Below are positions 1-8,394 of a stretch of 35,672 nucleotides of DNA, piece by piece. The translations under genes were made by a program, and so were the position numbers. Each line of letters begins with the position of its first letter. Position 1 is the first letter of the stretch. Source of the DNA: Fidelibacterota bacterium (GTDB lineage Bacteria; Fidelibacterota; Fidelibacteria; Fidelibacterales; Fidelibacteraceae); assembly GCA_030620575.1 (NCBI GenBank), contig JAUXEL010000001.1, positions 1 to 35,672 of the forward strand, given 5' to 3'. The notes under the pieces were generated by a model that had not been told where the DNA came from, did not search any database, and was given only the letters and a program-made list of their open reading frames with translations.

Positions 1-36
1 ACCGCCAACGACGGTTCCGAAGAGCAAGCTCCACTT

Positions 37-81
37 GGCCTGACGGGCGACCTGTCCGGCATAGCTCCGAGGGTTCGGGGG
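37..81 (+). repeat. Hairpin repeat module C, copy 1 (GGCCTGACGGGCGACCTGTCCGGCATAG followed by a 6-bp hairpin at 65-80)
   Basis: It shares the leader ACYTGTCCGGCRTAG with copies at 14897-14941(-), 34515-34561(+), 34858-34897(+) and 29121-29214(-). A stem-loop follows in every copy. Confidence 0.7.
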
Positions 82-120
82 ATCAGTATCTGCATTAATG
101 GATGGGCTAATATAAATTGA

Positions 121-177
121 GATCCCGGGTCTTAGCTCTGCCAAGGCTACGCACGCCCGGGATGACGCGAGGGGTGG
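121..177 (+). repeat. Hairpin repeat module D, copy 1 (8-bp stem ATCCCGGG 122-129 / CCCGGGAT 156-163, 3' flank GACGCGAGGGG)
   Basis: It has the same flanks and stem as the reverse complement of 34667-34714. One stem pair differs by a compensatory change (G:C here, A:T there). Confidence 0.7.
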
Positions 178-188
178 TTTTGCGCTCC

Positions 189-234
189 GGCCTGACAGGC
201 GTAGTCCGCCCCGACCCCGAAGCCTCGGGGCGGA
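189..234 (+). repeat. Hairpin repeat module C, short variant (GGCCTGACAGGCGTAG plus a perfect 10-bp stem TCCGCCCCGA 205-214 / TCGGGGCGGA 225-234)
   Basis: The leader matches the module C consensus. The perfect 10-bp inverted repeat with a 10-nt loop was read directly from the sequence. Confidence 0.65.
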
Positions 235-332
235 GTTCGGGGCTACGAAGGGTGGGTTAAATAAAAAGCTTGCTCTCCGAAGCACCAAATTTTTGGCGCG
301 AAGGAGAGTTCAAAATGACATCAAAAAAACTA

Positions 333-361
333 TTGACAGCATGCGATTCCCATTTTTTAAT
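333..361 (+). promoter_or_regulatory. Sigma70-like promoter inside the repeat terminus, firing outward (TTGACA 333-338, 17-nt spacer, TTTAAT 356-361)
   Basis: It has a canonical -35, a 17-nt spacer, an A/T-rich -10 and an upstream A-tract. The whole block is conserved in the second copy at 14808-14836 on the minus strand. Confidence 0.35.
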
Positions 362-467
362 CTGTTTCACACAACGGGTATGATTAGTTTATTTGTAAAG
401 GATTGCATCTGATTTTTGGGAATAAATCAACAAACGGTGGCGCTATAATTTTATTTCTTTTCTTTAC

Positions 468-502
468 CGGTTACCCGTCACTCGTTACTAGTTACTAGTT
501 AT
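468..502. repeat. Degenerate 7-nt periodic tract (CCGGTTA CCCGTCA CTCGTTA CTAGTTA CTAGTTA)
   Basis: There are five consecutive heptamers with invariant positions 1, 4, 5 and 7. The stop codon of the 499-1653 gene lies in the last unit. Confidence 0.75.
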
Positions 503-1653
503 TCCCAACTGCGCTTTGTGTGAAAATTGCGATATGAAATCATATCAGGTTGGGACAACTGTAATTCAGGAAAATTTTTGTTGAGATATTCTGCAAAAAG
601 GTAATCCAGATGCTGGTTGCTTTCCGGCGCGAAACCTATAACCTGATTCCAGACATCCGCGTCTTCCATACAAAAATAAATAAACAGGTTTTCTCCCCCG
701 TAACGCTGTAAGCAGGTGTACAGATGTTTGTACATTTTTACGCGTAGCGGTTTGAAGTAACGGGTTTTATTGTCGCGACCGCGGATCATTTCACCATCCA
801 GTAAATTGGTATTGGGAAATTTTACGTTTATTTTGTCTCCCATCTCCGGCGGAAAACGCAAACTTCCAATAGAGATCCAGGCGATCCTTTCCGGTCGCGC
901 ATGCTCAAAGAGCATCTTTATCAATTCTTCATACCCGGTTTCCCAATTCTCATACATAAGCATGGGGTCAAAATGGAAGCCCAGCATATAACCCGCGTCC
1001 TGTACCTTATCTACTGCCTGCATCCGTTTTTCCAAATTTGCGGCCCGGAATTCATGATGCGTGATAATATCCGGCGGGTTCAGTGACCATGAGATCACGG
1101 TTTTTCCCTTGTGCTGAACATTTAGCAGGTGATCTACTTTATCTGACTTCGTTTTTAATTCTAATATTACATTCTTTTGCTCCGCGGCAAACTGAATTAA
1201 ATTAGGTCCCACTTGCGCGACATCATCAATGGCCAGACTGTCGGCCAATTCACCTGTGCCAATACGGAATAGCCGCTGCGGTTCCTTCTGTATTTGTTGG
1301 CGGATCATGTCTATTAAATCATCCACATTGGCATATACGGTCAGTAGCGGATTATTTAAATAATATTGCAAGATACAGTAAGTACAGTCATACGGACAAT
1401 TGCTTGCCTGATGCAATATCCAGTAATTGCAACAGATATATGGCAACTCCGTCCCGGGACATACTTTAAAATGCTGTCCTTTGGCAAGGGTGATAAATAT
1501 ATTGTGCTTGCCGCTGTGGGCTTCTTTTTCGAAAAGTATCCGACGTGCATCTTCTGTATCGGCCACGCTTATTATATCTGCCTGCGGGTAAGCTGTGCGG
1601 AAGCGCCGTGCAACTACAGTGTTTTCACATCCCGATGTAATATAAATGATCAT
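499..1653 (-). CDS. Spore-photoproduct-lyase (SplB) family radical SAM protein
   Basis: This is a 384-aa ORF with a radical SAM CxxxCxxC motif (C86-PYD-C90-TY-C93, followed by ILQ). Length and layout are typical of the SP-lyase family. Its ATG directly follows the dnaE stop (TAAATG). Confidence 0.6.
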   Translation of the reverse strand: MIIYITSGCENTVVARRFRTAYPQADIISVADTEDARRILFEKEAHSGKHNIFITLAKGQHFKVCPGTELPYICCNYWILHQASNCPYDCTYCILQYYLNNPLLTVYANVDDLIDMIRQQIQKEPQRLFRIGTGELADSLAIDDVAQVGPNLIQFAAEQKNVILELKTKSDKVDHLLNVQHKGKTVISWSLNPPDIITHHEFRAANLEKRMQAVDKVQDAGYMLGFHFDPMLMYENWETGYEELIKMLFEHARPERIAWISIGSLRFPPEMGDKINVKFPNTNLLDGEMIRGRDNKTRYFKPLRVKMYKHLYTCLQRYGGENLFIYFCMEDADVWNQVIGFAPESNQHLDYLFAEYLNKNFPELQLSQPDMISYRNFHTKRSWE

Positions 1654-4600
1654 TTATTCGCTTAGCCAGATATTTGCCTGTCCGACAATTTCGCGCATTT
1701 TTTGTACTAACTCACGAGCCGCATTGATACCGACTCCGGCCTTAATAATTTTTTCAGGTTCATTTGTCTTGGGATAACTAATATGAACATACAGGGTTTT
1801 ATTTCCGAGATATTTGGAAATAAAGGTTTTTAATTCTGTGAGTTTCCGTTCAAATTCTTCATCATTCTGTATTCTTAGATGTACGGAACGTATTTTGCTT
1901 TCACGTACGTCCGAAAGAGGCAAGGCATAATTCAGAAAAAGGGTCGGCAATTGATCGCGTTTGCTGTCAATTTTCAGGTTTCCTTCAAGATATATTTTTG
2001 AATCTTCTTGTAGCAGATCTTTATACTGAGCAAAAGATTTGAAGGCCAGCACGTCAAATTCATGTGTAAGGGATTCAAAATGAAATTTTGCATATTGGTT
2101 GTTGTTTTTATCATAACGCAGTATAAAATCACTAATAATACCACCCACACGGATGATCTCCGGCATCTGCGCTTCCTTGTCGTCTAAATAATATTCGTTT
2201 GATATAGCTTCAAGTTCGTCGCGAAAAGGTTCGAGTGGGTGACCGGTAAGATAAAACCCGATGAACTCTTTTTCTTTTTCAAGTTTCATTTGTTCGTTCC
2301 ATTCGGGAATTTCTTCTAAAACCGGTTCGTTCATCACCACCTGTCCGGTGGCGGCACCGAACAAACTTACCTGCGCGGCTTCTTTCTCTTCCTGAAAGCG
2401 TTGGCCGTATTTTAGAGCAATATCAATAGCGTGAAATTTTTGGCTGCGGTTACCTTCCAGTGAATCCATGGCACCCGCGTAAATTAACGCTTCAAGGGTT
2501 TTTCGATTGACAACGCGCAAATCCATTCGGCTGGTCAAATCAAAAATACTTGTGAACGGTTCTCCTTCTTCCCGGGCGCGAACAATCTCAGCTGCTGCTT
2601 TTCCTCCAATGCTCTTCAAAGCGGAAAGCCCGTAGGTTATCTTGCCGTCAATAACAGAAAAATATTCTGTGCCTGTGTTTACATCCGGGGGAATAACCTC
2701 AATATCCAGTTTTTTGGCTTCGGAAACCAGTTCAACTACACGTTTGATCTCTCCACGTTCACTTGTAAGATTGGCCGCCATAAATTCAGCAGGAAAATAT
2801 GCTTTCAGGTAACCGGTTTGGTAGGCAATATAGGCATATGCTGCCGAATGGCTCTTGTTAAATCCATACGAGGCAAATTTGATCAACAGGTCATAGATCT
2901 CGTTGGCGATCTTTTCATTGACATCATTTTCTTTTGCACCTTCAATGAATTCACTTCGCATCTTTTCCATGACACTTCGTTTCTTTTTTCCCATCGCCCG
3001 GCGCAGGGTATCTGCTTTAGCAAGTGATAAACCGGCAATAGTCGAGGCAATTTTCATTACCTGTTCCTGGTAAACGATCACACCGTAAGTGGTTTTAAGA
3101 ATAGGCTCCATTTTAGAGTCAAGATAATTGACTTTCTCACCATGTTTACATTTAATAAAGGTTGGAATATTAGCCATGGGTCCCGGTCGGTACAGCGCAT
3201 TCATCGCGATCAGATCTTCAATACATGTAGGCTGCAATTTTTTTAGATGTTCGCGCATGCCGGAAGATTCGAATTGAAACAAACCAAAGGTCCTGCCTTC
3301 GCTGAAAAGATGATACACCTTTGGGTCATCAAAAGTAATATTATCAATATCCAGCTCAATACCGCGCTGTTTCAACAGATCAAGGGTATGTTTAATTACC
3401 GTGAGTGTGCGCAAGCCAAGAAAATCGACCTTGAGCATACCAACCTGTTCCAAACAACCCATGTCATATTGACTGGTAATATCATTTTTTGCGGATTTAT
3501 ACAGCGGAATATAATTTAATAAATTATCCGGCGCGATAACGACTCCGGCTGCATGAATGCCAACTTGCCGGTTCATGCCTTCCAATACATTGGAAATTTC
3601 CCAGAGCTTTTTAGTTGCCGCACTTTCTTGAATATATTCCCGTAAATCTTTGTTTATTTTTTCGGCATCTTTCAGGTTCTTGGCTTCCGGGGGAATAGCC
3701 TTTGCAAAACGGTCTCCGGTGGCGTAGTCCATCCCCATTACTCGTGCAACATCACGAACTACCGCTTTGGCTTGCATGCGACCGAAAGTGATAATTTGTG
3801 TAACATTGTCTTCGCCGTATTCGTCTTTAATGTGATTAATTACTTCTATGCGACGTTCATAGCAAAAATCGATGTCGATATCGGGCATAGTAATCCGCTC
3901 GGGGTTCAAAAAACGCTCAAAGAGTAAATCAAAAGGAAGGGGGTCAATATTTGTTATACCCAAAGAATAGGCAACCAGGCTTCCTGCCGCTGAACCTCGT
4001 CCGGGACCTACCGGGATGTCCTCGTTTTTTGCCCACTTGACAAAATCCTGTGTAATCAGGAAATAACCTGAAAAGCCCATTTTTTTAATTACAGAAAGTT
4101 CATATTCCGCTCGTTCCGTGTATTTGTTATTAATATCTTCGCCAAAACGTTTTTTTAGCCCTTCATGAACCAGCATATCCAAATAGCGGTCCGGATCATC
4201 TGTACCCGCATTTTCCGGAATAGGGAATTTGGGGAGATGGTATTTCCCGGTTTTGAGTTTGAAATTGCATTGTTCAGCGATCTTTACTGTATTTTCCAAT
4301 GCCTCGGGAATATCTTTGAACAACTCTGCCATTTCTTCCGGCGACTTATAATAAAATTCGTCATTTGCATACTTTAATCGTTTAGTATCGCTGATGTTTG
4401 ATCCCGTGCCAATGCAGAGCAATGCATCATGTGCTTCCGCGTGTTCCCGGATTGCATAATGAGCGTCGTTTGAGCAAACCAGCGGGATACCGGTTTCCCT
4501 GGAAATACGTATAAATATTTCATTGACAATATCCTCTTCCGGCAATCCGTGCCGTTGCATCTCCAGGTAAAAGCGATCCGGAAAAATATCCGCATATTCC

Positions 4601-5082
4601 AAAGCAATTTCTTTTGCTTTTTCAAATCCGTGCACTCGCGCTGCAATTGCGGCCTCACCGTTAATGCACGCTGAAGTGGCAATTAACCCCTCATTGCATT
4701 CCCGCAAAAGTTCTTTATCTACCCGGGGTTTATAATAATATCCTTCCAGGTACCCCTTTGATGTCAATTTCATCAGATTGTGGTAACCTTTTTCGTTGCT
4801 GGCCAGCAATACCAGGTGAAAATTTTTTCCTTCTGTGGTTTTTATGCTTAAGTGATCGCGCCGGGACCCTCTGGCAACATACATTTCGCATCCGATAATG
4901 GGCTTAATTCCGGCTTTTTTGGCCTGATTAAAGAGTTCAACAGCGCCAAACATATTTCCATGATCGGTAAGCGCTACCGCGGGCAGGTTCATTTCCTTCG
5001 CCATAGAAACAATGGTTTTAATTTTTAATGCACCGTCAAGAGTGCTGTAATCACTGTGAGTATGTAAATGGACAAAATTCAA
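1654..5082 (-). CDS. dnaE: DNA polymerase III alpha subunit
   Basis: This is a 1142-aa ORF. It has an N-terminal PHP domain (FVHLHTHSDYSTLDGA), conserved polymerase core blocks (PDIDIDF, GLLKVDFLGLRTL, FNKSHSAAYA) and a C-terminal OB region. The apparent start codon is TTG. Confidence 0.95.
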   Translation of the reverse strand: MNFVHLHTHSDYSTLDGALKIKTIVSMAKEMNLPAVALTDHGNMFGAVELFNQAKKAGIKPIIGCEMYVARGSRRDHLSIKTTEGKNFHLVLLASNEKGYHNLMKLTSKGYLEGYYYKPRVDKELLRECNEGLIATSACINGEAAIAARVHGFEKAKEIALEYADIFPDRFYLEMQRHGLPEEDIVNEIFIRISRETGIPLVCSNDAHYAIREHAEAHDALLCIGTGSNISDTKRLKYANDEFYYKSPEEMAELFKDIPEALENTVKIAEQCNFKLKTGKYHLPKFPIPENAGTDDPDRYLDMLVHEGLKKRFGEDINNKYTERAEYELSVIKKMGFSGYFLITQDFVKWAKNEDIPVGPGRGSAAGSLVAYSLGITNIDPLPFDLLFERFLNPERITMPDIDIDFCYERRIEVINHIKDEYGEDNVTQIITFGRMQAKAVVRDVARVMGMDYATGDRFAKAIPPEAKNLKDAEKINKDLREYIQESAATKKLWEISNVLEGMNRQVGIHAAGVVIAPDNLLNYIPLYKSAKNDITSQYDMGCLEQVGMLKVDFLGLRTLTVIKHTLDLLKQRGIELDIDNITFDDPKVYHLFSEGRTFGLFQFESSGMREHLKKLQPTCIEDLIAMNALYRPGPMANIPTFIKCKHGEKVNYLDSKMEPILKTTYGVIVYQEQVMKIASTIAGLSLAKADTLRRAMGKKKRSVMEKMRSEFIEGAKENDVNEKIANEIYDLLIKFASYGFNKSHSAAYAYIAYQTGYLKAYFPAEFMAANLTSERGEIKRVVELVSEAKKLDIEVIPPDVNTGTEYFSVIDGKITYGLSALKSIGGKAAAEIVRAREEGEPFTSIFDLTSRMDLRVVNRKTLEALIYAGAMDSLEGNRSQKFHAIDIALKYGQRFQEEKEAAQVSLFGAATGQVVMNEPVLEEIPEWNEQMKLEKEKEFIGFYLTGHPLEPFRDELEAISNEYYLDDKEAQMPEIIRVGGIISDFILRYDKNNNQYAKFHFESLTHEFDVLAFKSFAQYKDLLQEDSKIYLEGNLKIDSKRDQLPTLFLNYALPLSDVRESKIRSVHLRIQNDEEFERKLTELKTFISKYLGNKTLYVHISYPKTNEPEKIIKAGVGINAARELVQKMREIVGQANIWLSE

Positions 5083-5341
5083 TATGATACCTGTGTTTTT
5101 TAATTGTCATAGCCCTTGGATCGTATAATGAATGTACAACATCTTAAGGAAAAAGGGAAATGACTTTCTGTAATTTTCCCTTCTTTCCCTCATTTCCATG
5201 TCTTATTGTGTTATTTGATTTCTTAAAAATTTATTGGTGATTTCAGCGTATATCCATTTTCTTGTATTTACAGAATAAATTAATTATTTTAATCTTGTAT
5301 TTTTTTAAGGGCTAATAAACCGGGGACAGGAGGGAATTACA

Positions 5342-7063
5342 ATGAAGCGTTTTGCAAGCATCGATTTTATGCGTGGTTTCGCGATCTTTATGATGTTGAT
5401 ATTACATATGGTTATGCACACCATTGATGTCGACACGCTGATGGCAGACATGTCTAAGGTAAGCTTCATAGAGTATATCCTATTGATTATCTTGCCATTT
5501 GGGGGTGGTTTGGCAGGTTTTTTCCTTATGATCTCAGCTGTGGGAAATACGGTCAGCATGGAACACGAACTACGTCGCAATACTCCGGCTTTTGAAATTG
5601 GCAAACGACAGGTCATGGGCGGATTTATCCTCTTATTGTTCGCGATGTTGGTTGAGGGTTTGATAGGGTATCATGGTGATGTAGGTGTAAATATTCATCT
5701 TGCCCTAAAAGCGGCATCCAATCCGGATCTTGGCCCGGTAAAATGGGTTTGGGATCATGCTCTTTGGCGCTTCAATCATTTTGAGACCATTCATACAATC
5801 GCATGGTGTATTATTATAAATGGTGCTATACACAGTTTTCTTGTCTCAAGGGAAAAGTATCGCGACAAGAGCAAATTAATTAAAACTTATATATTACTGG
5901 TTATTGGTGTATTGATCCTTACTCCTTTTGCATGGGGGTTGGCAAAGTTAATCAGTCCCGGATTCCCGTCACATCTTGAGACCTATTATCTTTCCTATCC
6001 CCGCTTGGGCGTAGATTCGTTTTGGCGTTTTTTACTGGTCTTTTTTATTGAGCCCATTGCCGGTTATCCGGAACCCATCTTCCCTTATCTGGCTGCATCA
6101 TTTGTCGGTACGATCTTTGGAATCTTTTTAACCATGCCCAAAGAAGAACGCAAGGTAAAATTCTTCACAAAAACTACTCTGAGTGTAGGCATGATTATGT
6201 ATTTGGTCGGTCTTGCGGGCGTGATCGCAAATGTAATCTATGTTATCAGCGTGGAAGGATTCGATCCCGGACTGAACGTATATATGCATATCTGGGATCA
6301 TCGTGGCTGGGTGCCTGAACTGCTTGGCACACCATGGATTGGGTGGTACTTTCAATTTATGCTTCTGAACGGTTTTGGTATTTTGCTGATCATGAGTATG
6401 ATGCGCCTTGTGGAATTGCGCGGCAAGGCAAAGCTCTTTGGTCAAAAAACACGCTTTATCCGGCGCTTTGGTTTTGTTGCATTTACGAATTATACCATGC
6501 AGTTCATGTACTTTGTTGCCATGTTCATTACCATTGACTGGATCTTTGGAAACACCTACGACAGAAATGTCGGCTTATGGGGTGAAACACTTGTGACCCT
6601 TGTGGTTGGGATCGGGATCATGGCTTTGATCAATATTCTTTGGGAAAAAATACGTTTTGCGGGATCATTGGAGTGGATGGTCAAACAAACGAATTATTTC
6701 CTCAATCCTGTCCGCCGAAAGCTTCTTAAAGAGCGTGGTGTAAAATGGTATCAAGCCGGCTTGCTGAATGTACAAAGCGGTTTGTATGATGCAGATTGGA
6801 TGAATGTGGTGGAACCTGAAGAAATAGATCATAGCAACAAAGAAGAGTCCCGGCTTGCCAAAAAATTGGCTTGGGTTGGTTTTGTTTTCCCACCCTATGC
6901 AATCGCGGGATTTATTATCGCGTGGAAAGCCAGAGCACAGGAAGGCAATAGCAAGGAACATCGGCAAGCAATGACCTGGAGTATAATTTCGTTAGTTTTC
7001 TTAACGGTCTGGCTTGTACTGTTCAGTATACTTACACCCGCAAGCTTCGGATTGTCCATTTAA
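5342..7063 (+). CDS. Polytopic membrane protein with an N-terminal DUF1624 / heparan-alpha-glucosaminide N-acetyltransferase-like domain
   Basis: This is a 573-aa ORF. The N-terminus SIDFMRGFAIFMMLILH is characteristic of the DUF1624 acyltransferase family. It has many hydrophobic segments, and AGGAGGG lies 9 nt upstream of the ATG. Confidence 0.5.
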   Translation: MKRFASIDFMRGFAIFMMLILHMVMHTIDVDTLMADMSKVSFIEYILLIILPFGGGLAGFFLMISAVGNTVSMEHELRRNTPAFEIGKRQVMGGFILLLFAMLVEGLIGYHGDVGVNIHLALKAASNPDLGPVKWVWDHALWRFNHFETIHTIAWCIIINGAIHSFLVSREKYRDKSKLIKTYILLVIGVLILTPFAWGLAKLISPGFPSHLETYYLSYPRLGVDSFWRFLLVFFIEPIAGYPEPIFPYLAASFVGTIFGIFLTMPKEERKVKFFTKTTLSVGMIMYLVGLAGVIANVIYVISVEGFDPGLNVYMHIWDHRGWVPELLGTPWIGWYFQFMLLNGFGILLIMSMMRLVELRGKAKLFGQKTRFIRRFGFVAFTNYTMQFMYFVAMFITIDWIFGNTYDRNVGLWGETLVTLVVGIGIMALINILWEKIRFAGSLEWMVKQTNYFLNPVRRKLLKERGVKWYQAGLLNVQSGLYDADWMNVVEPEEIDHSNKEESRLAKKLAWVGFVFPPYAIAGFIIAWKARAQEGNSKEHRQAMTWSIISLVFLTVWLVLFSILTPASFGLSI

Positions 7064-7083
7064 TTGTATTATATTTTTACTAT

Positions 7084-7119
7084 AAAAAAACCGCCTCGAA
7101 ATATCGGGGCGGTTTTTTT
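7084..7119. terminator. Bidirectional intrinsic terminator between convergent genes
   Basis: An 8-bp stem CCGCCTCG (7091-7098) / CGGGGCGG (7105-7112), including one G-U pair, closes a 6-nt loop. It is flanked by A7 (7084-7090) and T7 (7113-7119). Confidence 0.75.
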
Positions 7120-7139
7120 GTTTTTAGAAAAATCATATA

Positions 7140-8141
7140 TTAATAGGGATTAGCTATTTCACTAAAAAGCAAGCCCTCTAATCCATCGATACAAAGAAGA
7201 CCCAAGATCTCAAAAATGTATGGTTGGTCTCTGTCCGCGCCAAAAAAGACAATATTGCCTCTTAGGCTATCCTGTTCTCCTTCAAAGTATTGGTCACCAC
7301 GTACTAGACCACTGACATTAATACTCTCCCCCGCCTGAATTATGGTATCTAACACCGCGTTCCCGCTGTAATATAAATAGTCAGATTGATTTATAATACG
7401 CATTCGCAGGAGTGCATTACCATTATTTTCTACAATCATTGTATCCATATCATCAGACAATAAAAACAGACTCAGGAAGGGATCCATAAACCCGGCAAGG
7501 GCATACTCACTAAGTGGCTGTTTTAGCGCATCGACAATATTCTGCCCGGAAACAAAAACCTCAATAATCGCGCCTCTTTTTGTCCCGGCGACAGTATAAG
7601 TATCGGTTACATCAAAACTGTCAATACCTGTGGTATCTTCAAGGGTGTAGTTGTAGGACAGAGAGATGGCGTCTGTAAATTCGCCTACTTCCATATCTGA
7701 TAATGATCCGACACCATCAATGGGAATTACATGTTCCTTAATGAAACTTACAATGGGCATGGCAATAATTTCACCCCCTTCTCCGGGTGTAGGGATCAAT
7801 CCAATGGAAGTGGGATAGATGGTTATATCCTCAGCCGCAAAGGTAATATCATACACATCCCGGTTACCGACATTCATCAAGACATATTGGAGTGTCTTAG
7901 TCGCTTTTACATCACCAAAATCGATGTCCACTGAGGCAGTCTTTGCCATCACAGCCGGAACCTCCGATGCGGGCAACCACAGTTGGCCATTTTCATCTGA
8001 AACAGCTTTTGCTAAATCCGTGGTGCTTATCGGCACTAAACGAATTTCCCATACTGCATCTACGGGATCACAGCCGTCACAACTAACCAGCATCATAATC
8101 ACCACTGTGGCAATTAGAAAAAATTGCATGATCTTTTTCAT
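7140..8141 (-). CDS. Hypothetical lipoprotein
   Basis: This is a 333-aa ORF with a signal peptide and lipobox (MMLVSC). I recognised no family. Confidence 0.55.
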   Translation of the reverse strand: MKKIMQFFLIATVVIMMLVSCDGCDPVDAVWEIRLVPISTTDLAKAVSDENGQLWLPASEVPAVMAKTASVDIDFGDVKATKTLQYVLMNVGNRDVYDITFAAEDITIYPTSIGLIPTPGEGGEIIAMPIVSFIKEHVIPIDGVGSLSDMEVGEFTDAISLSYNYTLEDTTGIDSFDVTDTYTVAGTKRGAIIEVFVSGQNIVDALKQPLSEYALAGFMDPFLSLFLLSDDMDTMIVENNGNALLRMRIINQSDYLYYSGNAVLDTIIQAGESINVSGLVRGDQYFEGEQDSLRGNIVFFGADRDQPYIFEILGLLCIDGLEGLLFSEIANPY

Positions 8142-8211
8142 GAGTTTTCCTTTTTCTTTTTGGTAACTTGTTGAGAGATACCGTTATTATTATTACCAAT
8201 TGATTAACTAT

Positions 8212-8244
8212 AAATATGTTATGTAATATAATAATAACATATTT
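8212..8244. promoter_or_regulatory. 11-bp perfect AT-rich inverted repeat in a divergent promoter region (possible operator)
   Basis: AAATATGTTAT (8212-8222) pairs with ATAACATATTT (8234-8244) across an 11-nt spacer. It lies between the divergent 8141(-) and 8395(+) gene starts. Confidence 0.3.
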
Positions 8245-8394
8245 TTTTTATTTAATCAAGATTTTAGGTGACTAAAACCTGACTCGGGTTTTTTCGGCGA
8301 GTTCAGAAGTTTTTAACTTCAAAGTATCGGATCGGGGCAAAATGACAGGTGATTTTTTCCTACTACTTTTAAGGAATTTAATGTATTTTAGTGC

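Larger units (their letters stand above)
1..381 (+). mobile_element. Partial (window-truncated) copy of a non-coding MITE-like mosaic repeat. Its right terminus is TGTTTCACACAACGGG at 363-378.
   Basis: By manual alignment, 313-381 is 66/69 identical to the reverse complement of 14788-14856. Also, 37-81 matches the reverse complement of 14897-14941. The region is built of GC-rich hairpin modules in an AT-rich background and has no ORF with coding character. Confidence 0.45.
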
